Shown one piece after another: positions 29,168 through 41,797 of a stretch of DNA of 64,000 nt (the first letter of the stretch is position 1; every line of letters starts with the position of its first letter). The DNA is from Candidatus Cloacimonadota bacterium (GTDB lineage: Bacteria > Cloacimonadota > Cloacimonadia > G963667145), in contig OY762940.1 in NCBI GenBank assembly GCA_963667255.1, forward strand, positions 736,001 to 800,000, written 5' to 3'. The position numbers and the translations under genes were made by a program. Below the pieces are notes generated by a model. It ran no database searches. It was given only the letters and a program-made list of their open reading frames with translations, and had not been told where the DNA came from.

Positions 29168-30040
29168 ATTAAATCGATTTATTTTGTTTTGGTTCTAATT
29201 TTATTTGGTTGCAATTTATTTGCTGATGAATCCATAATTTCCGAAGAAACAACTCCGCCACGATTGGTGGTAGATGAGCAAAAAAAAAAGATAGTGCAAG
29301 GGAAGAAAAAAGTCAAAAGAGAAAATGGCTGGGATTTTTCTCTCGGAGTTTTGTATTTTCAAAGTTCCAAAGATTCTGATGAAAGCAGATTTTTCGGTTT
29401 GTCCTATATGATTCTGCCTTTCTTTGGTTTATCTTACAAATATAATGCTTTCGATGCTCGCTTTACCGGAATGGGAATTGAAGGAACATACAGTTTTTTT
29501 GATAAACCACTGGGAATTTCTTCGGGAATTTCTTATGGGCAAAAAGTGGAAGAGAAAAAATATTCGGACGGATATAGAGCTAAGCTTAACAATCTTGCAA
29601 ATTATAGTGTAGGAGCTTTTGCTTATTTCCTCTCTGCCAACTATACTTACTATCCTGTTAAGATTACTCCTCCCTCAAAAAATAGCAGCTCACTTGATGC
29701 TCATTTTTTTAATATGAATTTGGATTTGCCCGGGTTTCCCATTTTGCTCAAGCCATTTCTTTGGTTTATGAAGAGCAGTTTGCGACTTAATCTGATGGAC
29801 GATAATTATGCGAAAGCCTATTACAACTACTATTCCGCAGACGGACAAACTAAATATAGTGCCGGTGGTGGTTTGAATAGCTTTTCATATTCGCTTACTT
29901 CCAATATCATCTTTAGCGAAAAGTGGATGTTTATGTTTAGTTTTAGCAGGGAGTTTTTCTTAGAAGATGCCAAAAATTCCCCGCTTACGGAAGATTCTGC
30001 GGAAAATGCATTTTTTACAATGTTGATGTATTATTTCTAA
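29168..30040 (+). CDS. MipA/OmpV-like outer membrane beta-barrel protein (start uncertain: ATT 29168 or ATG 29120)
   Basis: Signal peptide, D.NYAKAYY...Y.AGGGL..., A.NSPL and C-terminal YYF. Confidence 0.65.
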   Translation: MKSIYFVLVLILFGCNLFADESIISEETTPPRLVVDEQKKKIVQGKKKVKRENGWDFSLGVLYFQSSKDSDESRFFGLSYMILPFFGLSYKYNAFDARFTGMGIEGTYSFFDKPLGISSGISYGQKVEEKKYSDGYRAKLNNLANYSVGAFAYFLSANYTYYPVKITPPSKNSSSLDAHFFNMNLDLPGFPILLKPFLWFMKSSLRLNLMDDNYAKAYYNYYSADGQTKYSAGGGLNSFSYSLTSNIIFSEKWMFMFSFSREFFLEDAKNSPLTEDSAENAFFTMLMYYF

Positions 30041-30055
30041 TTTGTAATATACTTC

Positions 30056-31166
30056 GGGAGTGTGCAAATAACTGGGTCTGAAATAAGACCTAATTATGTT
30101 TGACAGAATAAGTTATGAACATTTATTAAAATGCCATGAGTATAATCAAAAAAAACACTGTCCAAATTGTGATAGCTTAAACACAAAAAAGAAGGGATAT
30201 ATTTTCTCTGAAAGAACAACTAATCGTGGGAAAATTAAAGTCAAAACGCAACGATTTTATTGTAAAGATTGCCAAATAAGTTTTACCAATTTTGGATATA
30301 ATAAGAGAACTCATTTTGCACCAAAATTCAAAGATAAGGTTGTTACTGACTATATTTCAACCAAAAGTTCTCTTTCTGAAGTTGCTAAAAGACATGGGAT
30401 TTGTAAAAATAGTATTCTTAATTGGATACCTCAGCGAGCTAATTTATATCAGGATAATGTGTTACACAGCAATATAGATGAGACAACAATTTATATTGAT
30501 GGCAAGGAAATTAAGATAAACGGTAAGCGAAAAGTTGTCTTAGTCGCCAGTAGCAAACTACTTGATAAACCAATATATTACAAGATTTATGATAGAGAAC
30601 ATAGTAGTTCATCTGAAGACTTTTTGAATAGACTAAAAAAAATGTATGACAACAAAATAATTGGGATTGTGTCAGATTTTGGGCGAGGGAAGTGCTTTGT
30701 TAAGCCAGTTAACCAACTTTTTGAAGATGTTCCACATCAAATTTGCTTGGTTCATTATTTAAGAAGCGTTAATATCAATGTTCCTAAAACAAAAAAGAGT
30801 AAGTTTTTTAGACGAAATATTTTCTTTAAGAACTTGATTAAGAGCATTTTAAATGCTGAAACTTTACAAGAAGCTGAAAATAATTTAAGTTCGCTTAATC
30901 ACTATGAAAAATTTTTTCGCCTAAAAATTCATAAGCGTTTTATTAAATCAATTAATCGAAACTTTGGTTTATTAACTGCTCATTTTCATTACGATTTTTT
31001 GGATAAAACAACAAATAAAATTGAAAATATTAATCGACAATTGAATAGGAAATTAAAAAATTTAGACGGATTTAAATCTGAAAAAAATATGAATCATTTT
31101 TTAAAAATTTGGTTCAATAATTATTCAAAAGGAGTGGAAATTAGACCCAATTAAATGCACGCTCCC
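30056..31166 (+). mobile_element. IS256-family (Zn-ribbon variant) insertion sequence, copy 2, 1111 bp
   Basis: Same TIRs as copy 1; 8-bp TSD TATACTTC at 30048-30055 and 31167-31174. Confidence 0.93.
30096..31154 (+). CDS. Transposase, near-identical to 17779-18837
   Basis: 352 aa with two amino-acid differences from copy 1 (KKRCP/KKHCP and KNSTL/KNSIL). Confidence 0.9.
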   Translation: MFDRISYEHLLKCHEYNQKKHCPNCDSLNTKKKGYIFSERTTNRGKIKVKTQRFYCKDCQISFTNFGYNKRTHFAPKFKDKVVTDYISTKSSLSEVAKRHGICKNSILNWIPQRANLYQDNVLHSNIDETTIYIDGKEIKINGKRKVVLVASSKLLDKPIYYKIYDREHSSSSEDFLNRLKKMYDNKIIGIVSDFGRGKCFVKPVNQLFEDVPHQICLVHYLRSVNINVPKTKKSKFFRRNIFFKNLIKSILNAETLQEAENNLSSLNHYEKFFRLKIHKRFIKSINRNFGLLTAHFHYDFLDKTTNKIENINRQLNRKLKNLDGFKSEKNMNHFLKIWFNNYSKGVEIRPN

Positions 31167-31249
31167 TATACTTCCATTCTTTGCACAAACAATGCTTGAC
31201 AATTTGGCAACTTTCCTTTTTCTTAGATGAATGATTATTTTAGGAAGGA

Positions 31250-33412
31250 ATGATTTTAATGCTTAATGAAAGACAAAAAGAGGTAGTTAATACTTTAGAC
31301 CAAAATCTTTTGGTGATAGCGGGAGCGGGTAGTGGCAAGACTAGGTGTATTACCGCCAGAGCAGCCGAGATAGCTAAGTCGGGGATAGACCCCAAGAATG
31401 TTCTGATAGTTACTTTTACGAATAAGGCTGCGTCCGAACTGAAGGAAAGGTTGAAGAAAGACAATGGAGAGTTGTCATGGTCTTGGGTAGGGACTTTTCA
31501 CTCCGTTTGTGCCAGAATTTTGCGGGTGGACGGAGCTAAAATAGGCATTGAAAGCAACTTTACCATAACTGATTGCAGAGACCAAAAAGGGATAGTGAAA
31601 GGGATTTTGAAAGATTTGAATATCGACCCTCGCCGTTTCTCCTATCTGAAAATGCTGTCTTCCATCTCTGTCCATAAAAACAAATTAATTGGTCCGGATA
31701 ATTATGCCAAACACAACGAAGATTCCCCATACACTCGGGCTACGGGCTCTCTATACAAGCGATACCAAGCTTTTCTCGAAGACAACAACGCTCTTGATTT
31801 TGACGATTTGCTGATGAAAACTGTGTTGCTGTTGAAAGATAATAAAACCATTTTGGAGAGATACCGTCGTAAGTTTCGTTTTGTGATGGTGGATGAATTT
31901 CAAGATACCAATTTTGCTCAATATGAGTTGCTGAAGATGCTTTGTGGCAGTGAGCAAAACATTTGTGTGGTTGGTGATGACGACCAATCGATTTATTCGT
32001 GGCGTGGTGCTGATTTTACCAATCTTTTTAATTTTGAGAAAGATTTCCCCAACACAAAAACTGTGAAACTTGAGCAAAATTATCGGTCAACTCAGCAAGT
32101 ATTGAATTTGGCGAATTGCTTGATAAAAAACAATACGAAGCGACACGCGAAGGTTTTGTTTGCTCGCGAAGGTTTTACCGGAGAGTTGCCGGGAGTCAGA
32201 GTGCTTGCCGATGAGTATATGGAAGCAAAATTCATCGTCAAAGAGATAAAGAAAATTTCCGATTATCAAAATACCGCAATCTTGTATCGGGTGAACTCTC
32301 AATCCCGAATTTTGGAAAATGTCTTGATAGAAAAAGGCATTCCTTATGTTGTCCGAGGTGGAACGGAGTTTTTTGCCAGAGCGGAGATAAAGGATATAAT
32401 CGCATATTTGAGATTTCTATACAATTCTCACGATTTTTACAGTTTGCAAAGGATTATCAATGTTCCCGTCAGAGGTATCGGAGATGTCAGCGTAAAGAAG
32501 TTGATAGATTATTTACACGAAAAGGGCAAATCTTTCTTGGATTTGTCAGATGGAGATTCCATCAATATTTCCGGCACTACTTGGAATGCTATTTTGGAGT
32601 TGTCAGCCAAGATGCGTGGTTGGAAAGCCGATTCGGAGATTATTACACCTTTGGCGTTGGTCGAGGAAATCGTCAGCGATACCAAATTGATGAGTTTTTA
32701 CGAGAGGAAAGAGACTGACACCAGTATGTCCAAGGGCGAGAATATCAACGAGTTTTTGTTGATGACGGAGTCTTTTTGCGAGAATTTTTACAAGATGCAC
32801 GGCACTTATCCGCTCCTTAGTGATTTCTTGGAGAGCATCAGTCTTCAGTCTTCCGTGGAGGATGACCACAACGAAAAAGGTCGTGTGCAGTTGATGACTA
32901 TCCACAATGCGAAGGGCTTGGAGTTCGATAATGTTTTTGTGCTTGGTTTGGAGGAAGGGATTTTGCCTCATCAGCTCTCGATGTCGGAGCAATATGGATT
33001 GCAAGAGGAGCGAAGGCTCTTGTATGTGGCGATTACCCGTGCTAAAAAGAAATTGACTTTGAGCTATTGTCGTGAACGCAGGAAATTTTCTACTAGTGGG
33101 TTTAAAACGGAGATTACGACCAAAAGCAGATTTTTGGATGAGTTGGACGAAAAGTTGTGTAAGAGCAATGCCAAAAAGCAATCGTTTGTTTTTGGGAAGA
33201 AATACGAAGACAAGGTGCAGAAAGACATTCAGCAGATAGTGGAGGTCGGTGGCGAGAGCTATTTCAAGAATAAAGAGGCTGTTTTTCATAAGAAGTTTGG
33301 TCAAGGTCTTATCTTGGATGTCAACGGTTCGGGCAAAGATGCCAAGCTGACTATCTCGTTCAGTTCCGGAGAGCTCAAAAAAATTATCGGAACATTCGTT
33401 CAGAAGATGTAG
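31250..33412 (+). CDS. uvrD: ATP-dependent DNA helicase UvrD/PcrA
   Basis: AGAGSGKT, TFTNKAA, VDEFQDTN, GDDDQSIY, LEQNYRS, TIHNAKGLEF, EERRLLYVAITRA and a C-terminal Tudor-like HKKFGQG. Confidence 0.95.
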   Translation: MILMLNERQKEVVNTLDQNLLVIAGAGSGKTRCITARAAEIAKSGIDPKNVLIVTFTNKAASELKERLKKDNGELSWSWVGTFHSVCARILRVDGAKIGIESNFTITDCRDQKGIVKGILKDLNIDPRRFSYLKMLSSISVHKNKLIGPDNYAKHNEDSPYTRATGSLYKRYQAFLEDNNALDFDDLLMKTVLLLKDNKTILERYRRKFRFVMVDEFQDTNFAQYELLKMLCGSEQNICVVGDDDQSIYSWRGADFTNLFNFEKDFPNTKTVKLEQNYRSTQQVLNLANCLIKNNTKRHAKVLFAREGFTGELPGVRVLADEYMEAKFIVKEIKKISDYQNTAILYRVNSQSRILENVLIEKGIPYVVRGGTEFFARAEIKDIIAYLRFLYNSHDFYSLQRIINVPVRGIGDVSVKKLIDYLHEKGKSFLDLSDGDSINISGTTWNAILELSAKMRGWKADSEIITPLALVEEIVSDTKLMSFYERKETDTSMSKGENINEFLLMTESFCENFYKMHGTYPLLSDFLESISLQSSVEDDHNEKGRVQLMTIHNAKGLEFDNVFVLGLEEGILPHQLSMSEQYGLQEERRLLYVAITRAKKKLTLSYCRERRKFSTSGFKTEITTKSRFLDELDEKLCKSNAKKQSFVFGKKYEDKVQKDIQQIVEVGGESYFKNKEAVFHKKFGQGLILDVNGSGKDAKLTISFSSGELKKIIGTFVQKM

Positions 33413-33461
33413 GGGAGTGGGTAAACTTTTATGGGGTATCATATAGTAAATATTATTGAAG

Positions 33462-33908
33462 ATGAAATTGATTCATTCGTATGTGGAAAGTGAAGTAGAA
33501 TTGGTTAAGTTAGATATAAAAAATGATACTATTATTTATCAAGGAGAAAGTCATTGGGTTCCAGAGAAAGTAGGAAGTTCTAAGAAATACAAATTGTTAG
33601 CTGAAGGATGGTATAGAGCAGGAATAAAGGCTCAAGAACTTTTCAAGGTTCAGGCGAAAAAAGAAAATTTAATTCTTGAAGAACTTTTTCAGGACCAAAA
33701 AAGCTTTAAATCGTATACAAATACTGCTAAATCTGTTTCAATAAAAAGAGGAGATTTCTTAATTAGAAATATTCGTAATCTTGAAATAGAATGGATGGAG
33801 AAAAATCATTTGGAAATGATTAGTGTAAAAGGTGTAGGGAAATGTTTTCAAGTACCTGTTAGCAAAATAGATAAAGGCTTTGAATTGCTAAATAAATTTA
33901 AAGTATAA
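33462..33908 (+). CDS. Hypothetical protein, AT-rich, possibly a degenerate PD-(D/E)XK nuclease-like gene
   Basis: Open ORF of about 148 aa between convergent uvrD and uvrB; KRGDFLIRN..NLEIE. Confidence 0.45.
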   Translation: MKLIHSYVESEVELVKLDIKNDTIIYQGESHWVPEKVGSSKKYKLLAEGWYRAGIKAQELFKVQAKKENLILEELFQDQKSFKSYTNTAKSVSIKRGDFLIRNIRNLEIEWMEKNHLEMISVKGVGKCFQVPVSKIDKGFELLNKFKV

Positions 33909-33972
33909 TATTAGTAGTAAGTTGTAAAACACAATAGAATTTGTAAACTTCCGAATTATTTTTCGTCATTCT

Positions 33973-35942
<1,970 letters not shown>

Positions 35943-35967
<25 letters not shown>

Positions 35968-36611
35968 TGCAGTCCTTTTGCCAGTTCGCCTAATTCATCT
36001 TGAGAAAAGCTCCACATTTTTTGTTCGGTGTCGGTATCGATTGGGCGGTAGTTTTGCAAAAAATATGGGGCATCCCCCAATTGATTCTCTTCAACAATTT
36101 TGCGAATGTCGCTTGTTTCCAAAAGTGGATGAACAAGCGTGGTGCGGAACTCTTTTTCTCCCGAAAAATTTTTGATGATACTTACACTTTCGTCAATTTT
36201 CCTTGTGTCCAACTCTATACCTGCCAAGAGGTTGTATTTGTCTTTTGGTGCTTTCAAATCCATGGCGATGTAGTCCAAATAAGGCAACACTTTTTCTAAA
36301 TTTTCCGGTGAGTATCCGTTGGTGTCCAATTTTACGAGAAAATTTATCTCTTTTATTTTTTGTAAAAATTGTTCAATGTCGCTTTGCAATAAGGGCTCGC
36401 CTCCGGTCACGGTTACGGCATCGAGCATCCCTTGTCGGGAAGAGAGAAACTCCAAGATTTCATCTTCGGTGTAATCGGTTTCGTCCTTGGATAGCAGCGT
36501 TTTATTATGGCAGAAAGGGCACAAAAAATTGCACCCTTTCGTAAATATAATCGCCGAGAGTTTCCTCGGGTAATCTATCATTGAGACTTTTTGCAATCCA
36601 CCGATTAGCAT
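35943..36611 (-). CDS. nrdG: Anaerobic ribonucleoside-triphosphate reductase activating protein (radical SAM)
   Basis: IDYP, GCNFLCPFCHN, TGGEP and KLDTNG; adjacent to nrdD. Confidence 0.92.
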
Positions 36612-38689
36612 TGATATTTAACCATTTTTCTTTCTTCGTATTCCGTCTTTTTGCCGTCGTTCCACTGGCTGATGGGTCGCAGGTAGCCGACAATACGGGA
36701 ATAGACTTCGCACTCGTTCCCGCACTTTGGACAAACTTGTTTTTCGCCCGCTAAGTATCCGTGATTTTTGCAAATGCTGAAAGTCGGAGTGAGAGTGAAG
36801 TATGGTAGTTTATATTTTCCGCTGATTTTTCTAATCAAATTTTTTACCACTGCATAATCCGTAATTTGTTCGCCACCGAAGAGATGGACAACAGTGCCAC
36901 CAGTGTATTTTGCTTGGATGTCGTCTTGTTTACTCAAAACTTCAAAAATATCGTCGGAGTAGTTTACCGGCAATTGAGTAGAGTTGGTGTAATATGGCTC
37001 TTTGCCGACGGAGTTTCCGGCTGTGACGATGTCTCTGTAGAGCTGATTGTCCAGTTTTGCCAAACGATAGCTTGTGCCTTCGGCTGGTGTTGCCTCCAAG
37101 TTGTAATTGTTGCCAGAGCTATTTTGGTAATCTATCAGCTTATTCCGCATAAAATCCATAACTCTTTCGGTAAATGCTTGTCCTTCCTTAGTGCCGATGT
37201 TTTTGCCGAAGAGATTTAGGCAGGCTTCGTTCATTCCCACAAGTCCGATGGTGGAGAAGTGATTTACCCAAAATTTACCGCTTTTCTCTTTCATTCTTCT
37301 CAAATAAAATTTGGAGTATGGATAAAGATTTTTGTCGGTGTATTGTTCCAAGATTTTTCTCTTTATCTCCAAGCTGTCATAGGCAATGTCCATCAGCGAG
37401 GCTAATCTCTCTTTGAACTCGTTTTCATCGTTGGAGAGGTAGCCGAGTCGTGGCATATTGATGGTCACTACGCCGATAGAGCCTGTAAGAGGGTATGAGC
37501 CGAAGAGCCCGCCACCACGGACTTGCAACTTGGATGTGTCGATATTTAGTCGGCAGCACATAGAGCGGATATCTTCAGGGTTCATATTGGAGTTCACGAA
37601 GTTAGCAAAATAGGGGATGCCGTATTTTCCGGTCGCTTTCCATAGGTGTTCCAAAACGGGATTTTCCCAGTCGAAGTCCTTGGTGATGTTGTAAGTGGGA
37701 ATTGGGAAAGTGAAAACTCTGCCGTTCGCATCGCCTTCGCCCATTACTTCCAAGAAAGCTCTATTAATCATATCCATCTCATTTTGAAACTCGCCGTAGG
37801 TCTTGTCTTGGAGTTTTCCGCCAATGATGACAGCTTCGTCTTTGTAGGTTGAGGGCATCGTCAAATCCATGGTGATGTTGGTAAACGGAGTTTGGAAGCC
37901 CACTCTGGTAGGCACATTCAGATTATAAATGAAAGATTGCATCGCCTGACGAACTTTTGGATAGGTCAATTTGTCGTAATAAACGAAAGGTGCCAAAAGG
38001 GTGTCGAAGCTGGCAAACGCTTGAGCACCACTGGCTTCGCCTTGCAGAGTGTAAAAGAAATTGACGATTTGTCCCAAAGCGGAGTTGAAATGGCTTGGCG
38101 GATTGCAGGCTACTTTGCCCTCAACACCTTGGAAACCAGTCATTAGCAAATCTTTTAAATCCCAACCGACGCAATAGACTGAGAGTTGACTCAAATCGTG
38201 GATGTGCAAATCGCCCTTTGAATGAGCGTCTTTGATTTCGGTAGGATAGATTTCGTTGAGCCAATAAGTTTTGCTGACTTGAGAAGCGATGTAGTTGTTC
38301 AGCCCTTGCAAAGAGTAACGCATATTGCTGTTTTCTTTGACTTGCCAGTCCAGTTGCTTCAAATAACTATCTATCATCTTCACGCCGGAGGCAGAGGCGA
38401 TTTCTCTTATCTTTGAGTGTTGGTCACGATAGATGATGTAGGCTTTGGCGGTCTTTTTGTATGGAGATGCCAACAGCACCTCTTCCACTATGTCTTGGAT
38501 GTTTTCCACTGTGGGAGTTTTATCTTTGATGATAGATTGTGCCAAAGAGAGAACTCTCAGAGTGAGTTTTTCCGCCATACTTTGGTCAAATTCTCCGGTT
38601 GCTTTTCCGGCTTTTACCAAAGCAGATGTTATCTTTTCAGGGTCAAAGGCAACTTCGATTCCTTTCCTTTTGTAAATCTTTTTGAACAT
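36605..38689 (-). CDS. nrdD: Anaerobic (class III) ribonucleoside-triphosphate reductase with N-terminal ATP cone
   Basis: ATP cone, HIHDL, SMCCRL, EATPAEG, YTGGTV and glycyl-radical YSRIVGYLRP. Confidence 0.95.
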   Translation of the reverse strand: MFKKIYKRKGIEVAFDPEKITSALVKAGKATGEFDQSMAEKLTLRVLSLAQSIIKDKTPTVENIQDIVEEVLLASPYKKTAKAYIIYRDQHSKIREIASASGVKMIDSYLKQLDWQVKENSNMRYSLQGLNNYIASQVSKTYWLNEIYPTEIKDAHSKGDLHIHDLSQLSVYCVGWDLKDLLMTGFQGVEGKVACNPPSHFNSALGQIVNFFYTLQGEASGAQAFASFDTLLAPFVYYDKLTYPKVRQAMQSFIYNLNVPTRVGFQTPFTNITMDLTMPSTYKDEAVIIGGKLQDKTYGEFQNEMDMINRAFLEVMGEGDANGRVFTFPIPTYNITKDFDWENPVLEHLWKATGKYGIPYFANFVNSNMNPEDIRSMCCRLNIDTSKLQVRGGGLFGSYPLTGSIGVVTINMPRLGYLSNDENEFKERLASLMDIAYDSLEIKRKILEQYTDKNLYPYSKFYLRRMKEKSGKFWVNHFSTIGLVGMNEACLNLFGKNIGTKEGQAFTERVMDFMRNKLIDYQNSSGNNYNLEATPAEGTSYRLAKLDNQLYRDIVTAGNSVGKEPYYTNSTQLPVNYSDDIFEVLSKQDDIQAKYTGGTVVHLFGGEQITDYAVVKNLIRKISGKYKLPYFTLTPTFSICKNHGYLAGEKQVCPKCGNECEVYSRIVGYLRPISQWNDGKKTEYEERKMVKYQC

Positions 38690-38847
38690 TTCCAACTCTC
38701 CTTAAAAATCTTGATTTTGATTTTGAATTTTGCTGACTCATTTGTGGATGGAAGAGTTATAAAGTCAAGCACAAATAGCCTTTGAACTTTTTGGCACGCA
38801 ATTAACATTAAAGAAGAAATGTTGAATTGAAAGGGGGAGTTAAATTT

Positions 38848-41361
38848 CTACTTTTTTTTCGAAGGAGTGGAATAAATTCCGGTGTTGAAATTTTGGAAAT
38901 ATTTTTGAGCAATACTTTGGATTTCGGAGCGGGTTGTTTGCTCGATTCTTTTTTCTCTATTCAGATAATGTTCATAGCCGAGCCCGAAAAGTTCCAAGTG
39001 TGATAGGCTACAGGCGATGTTTAGCGGGTCTTCTTCCGCAAACAGCTTTGAGTTTTTCAGGTAATTTTTGCTCATTGCCAACTCTTCTTCGGTTACGCCA
39101 TAGCGAGCAATGCTATTCAGGATTTCCTTGGTAACATCCAAAACCTCTCTGCCCGAGTCTTTCTGCACGAGAGAGGCAGCCCTGAAATATCCGAAATCGT
39201 CATAGCAATTGTGGGCAAATCCGCACGAGTAGGCGATGCCCATTTGTTCCCGCAAGGTGTTGAACATTCGAGAGCTGATGCTGCCACCTATTATTTGGCT
39301 CAAGAGAGAAAATGCGGTCGTCTCTTTGATGTTTTTCGCACTGTCCGTAGAGCCGATGATATAGACGATGTCTTGGGTTGAGTCTTCCAAAGGTAAGCAA
39401 ATTTCTCTATTCTCGGGCAAAACAAATCTCGCTTTCCCGTCAAAACTGACAGGGGGAACACAAAAGCTGGCAAAGATTTTTTTACAGGCGGAGATTATCT
39501 TTTCTGCATCAACTGCACCGACAATGCTCAAAACGAAATTTTGTGATAAGAAGTAATCTTGATGCCATTTTTTTAGCTGTTTCAAGTTGATTTGCTTCAG
39601 GCTTTCCGCCGTTCCTCTTTTGTGGACATAGGGGTTTGTCAGCCCAAAAATCTCCTTTTTGAAAAGTTCGTTGGCAAGAGAAACAGGATAGTCGTGTATC
39701 CTTTGCAAATGAGAGAGATACCTGCTTTTTAGCTGGCAAAACTCCTTTTTGTCAAATCTGGGGGAGAGAAATACCAAACTCAAAAGTTCCAACGCCTCAA
39801 TGATAGAGTGGGAAAAACATTTCAGCTCCAAAGAAGTAATATCTATGTTATTGTTGGAGCAGATTTTAAGACCGTTCTCTTGGCAATAATCGACAAATTG
39901 ATTGTAATCTTGCTTTTTGTTCCCAAACATCAGCATATCCGTGCAAAGATTGTGAATCCCCAACTGCTCCGAAGTCTCGTATTTTTGCGAAGAGGGAGTG
40001 GACAAGCAAATACCGCAGGTTTTTTTTTCGGGTTCGTTTTTTATGACTATTTTGAAATTCTCAAAAAGTTCGTAGGAAAAAATATTGGACTGCGGGATTT
40101 CAAGTTTTGATTTCGTTGCATTGTTTTGATTTTCCACGGAGGAGCGACCCATGTGATAGATTTGGTAATCACTGAAATACTTTTTTATTGTTTCTTGCAG
40201 AGACTCAAACGAAACTTGCTTTACTCGCTGGGAGTATTCGTAAGTAAATTTGTAGTCGCTGGCGATGTGGGACAAGCCCAATTGCACTCCCAAATCTTCG
40301 CACGATTCGAAACTAAACTCGTGGGAATTACAAAGGATTTTTTGAGCTTGCAAAAATTGTCCGTAAGAACTGCCATGCGAACAAAAATCTTCGATACATT
40401 TGACCGCTTCTTGCAAAACTTTTTGAGGATTTTTTTGGGGAAAAATCTGCAAAACAAAAGAGCCCGGAGTCGCTTGTCCTATCTCACATGAGCCAATATG
40501 GTCGGCAATCCCCAAATCTTGTTTAAGCTTCTTTTGCAAGATGGAGTTGGGATGTTCCGCCAAGATCGTGGTTGCCAGCATAAACGGAATATAATCGTCC
40601 TCACTTTGAGCCGGAGAGTTGAAGAGGATGTTGATTTGAGGCTTCTCTACCGATTTTTTGAAAAATTTGTATCTCTTTTTGTGTTGGTTCAGAGGCTCGG
40701 TAGCTTGAGTAGATTTTGTGACTTCGTGAGGTAGCCAAGAACCAAAATTTTCTTGAACAGCAGTTTCAAAGATTTTTGGCAAATTTCCGACTGCGACCAT
40801 AAAACAGTTTTTTGGAGAGTATTTTTCACTATAAAAATTCCGCAACTGATTTGGTGTGGAATTTCTCAAATTTGCTTCGTTCCCGATGATGGGATATTGG
40901 TAATTGGCGTGCTTGAAAAAATGTCCGAGAGAGTTCTCGAAAAACCATTCGTCAGGGTCGTTTTGATATTGGTATAGTTCCTCTATCACGACTCCTTTTT
41001 CCGTGGCAAACTCCTCATCGTCGAAGTTGGCAAAGCGGACAAGTTCGGACAAAATCTTGATCCCCTCTTGCGTGTGATGACTCGGTAGCATCAGATAAAA
41101 ACAGGTTGAGTTGTATTCGGTAAAGGCATTGATAGAGCCACCCAGATGCGAGACGGTGTCCATTATGGAGTTTTTGGGGAAATTCTTTGTCGATTTGAAC
41201 ACCAAATGTTCCGTGAAATGAGCAAATCCTCTTTCCGCTTCGGCTTCCTGATTGGAACCGGTTCGCACAAAAACAGCCAAATATATGATTTCTTTGTCGC
41301 TTTGCGGACAGGAGATTATCTCAAATCCGTTTTCCAATATTGTCAGAGTATGGTTTAACAT
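38848..41361 (-). CDS. M16 family zinc peptidase (pitrilysin-like, fused two-domain)
   Basis: GFAHFTEH (HxxEH), NAFT and YPIIG; second half has SRMFNTLRE..G.AY. Confidence 0.9.
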   Translation of the reverse strand: MLNHTLTILENGFEIISCPQSDKEIIYLAVFVRTGSNQEAEAERGFAHFTEHLVFKSTKNFPKNSIMDTVSHLGGSINAFTEYNSTCFYLMLPSHHTQEGIKILSELVRFANFDDEEFATEKGVVIEELYQYQNDPDEWFFENSLGHFFKHANYQYPIIGNEANLRNSTPNQLRNFYSEKYSPKNCFMVAVGNLPKIFETAVQENFGSWLPHEVTKSTQATEPLNQHKKRYKFFKKSVEKPQINILFNSPAQSEDDYIPFMLATTILAEHPNSILQKKLKQDLGIADHIGSCEIGQATPGSFVLQIFPQKNPQKVLQEAVKCIEDFCSHGSSYGQFLQAQKILCNSHEFSFESCEDLGVQLGLSHIASDYKFTYEYSQRVKQVSFESLQETIKKYFSDYQIYHMGRSSVENQNNATKSKLEIPQSNIFSYELFENFKIVIKNEPEKKTCGICLSTPSSQKYETSEQLGIHNLCTDMLMFGNKKQDYNQFVDYCQENGLKICSNNNIDITSLELKCFSHSIIEALELLSLVFLSPRFDKKEFCQLKSRYLSHLQRIHDYPVSLANELFKKEIFGLTNPYVHKRGTAESLKQINLKQLKKWHQDYFLSQNFVLSIVGAVDAEKIISACKKIFASFCVPPVSFDGKARFVLPENREICLPLEDSTQDIVYIIGSTDSAKNIKETTAFSLLSQIIGGSISSRMFNTLREQMGIAYSCGFAHNCYDDFGYFRAASLVQKDSGREVLDVTKEILNSIARYGVTEEELAMSKNYLKNSKLFAEEDPLNIACSLSHLELFGLGYEHYLNREKRIEQTTRSEIQSIAQKYFQNFNTGIYSTPSKKK

Positions 41362-41406
41362 TGTTTACGCCTTTAAACTTATGTGGTTGGTTATTATCCA
41401 AAAAAA

Positions 41407-41501
41407 GCAGACAAACATAAATACGAATCTAAATCGGGTTAATGCTGCTTCCTCTCGGACCTGACATGGTTTGCCGAATAGACACTATCTAAGTTGCCTG
41501 C
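41407..41501 (-). ncRNA. ffs: Signal recognition particle RNA (small, 4.5S type)
   Basis: The minus strand reads ...AACCATGTCAGGTCC-GAGA-GGAAGCAGCAT..., the domain IV consensus with a GNRA loop. The ends GCAGGCAAC / GTTTGTCTGC pair and a U-run follows. Confidence 0.9.
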
Positions 41502-41617
41502 ATTGGTTAATCGTCAACAATTACAGTGTGTAGAGAATGTCAATTTTTTTGTTGTTTGTTATGGACAATCGAGCCGTAGGTAAAAAACTGGAAAATAATT
41601 GGATAAAAGAAGATTTG

Positions 41618-41797
41618 ATGAAAAATATTAAATTCAAAAATTGCGTAACCTTGGAAGAGATAACCAAAGGGTTTTTACTGTATAGGCAACTTTGCAGTTG
41701 GGGTAAAAAGCCTGAGGGGAACTTCGAGTTCTTGGGCGAGACTTTTGAATTGAAAATGAATCGGACGGAAATAATAATAAAAAGGATTAATTTGTGA
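41618..41797 (+). CDS. Small hypothetical protein
   Basis: 59-aa ORF whose stop overlaps the next start (GTGA); no recognisable motif. Confidence 0.35.
   Translation: MKNIKFKNCVTLEEITKGFLLYRQLCSWGKKPEGNFEFLGETFELKMNRTEIIIKRINL

Noticed and set aside
17739..31166. Composite transposon bounded by the two IS copies
   Set aside because: Each copy has its own matched TSD and the interrupted DUF1848 gene continues inside the interval, so these are independent insertions.
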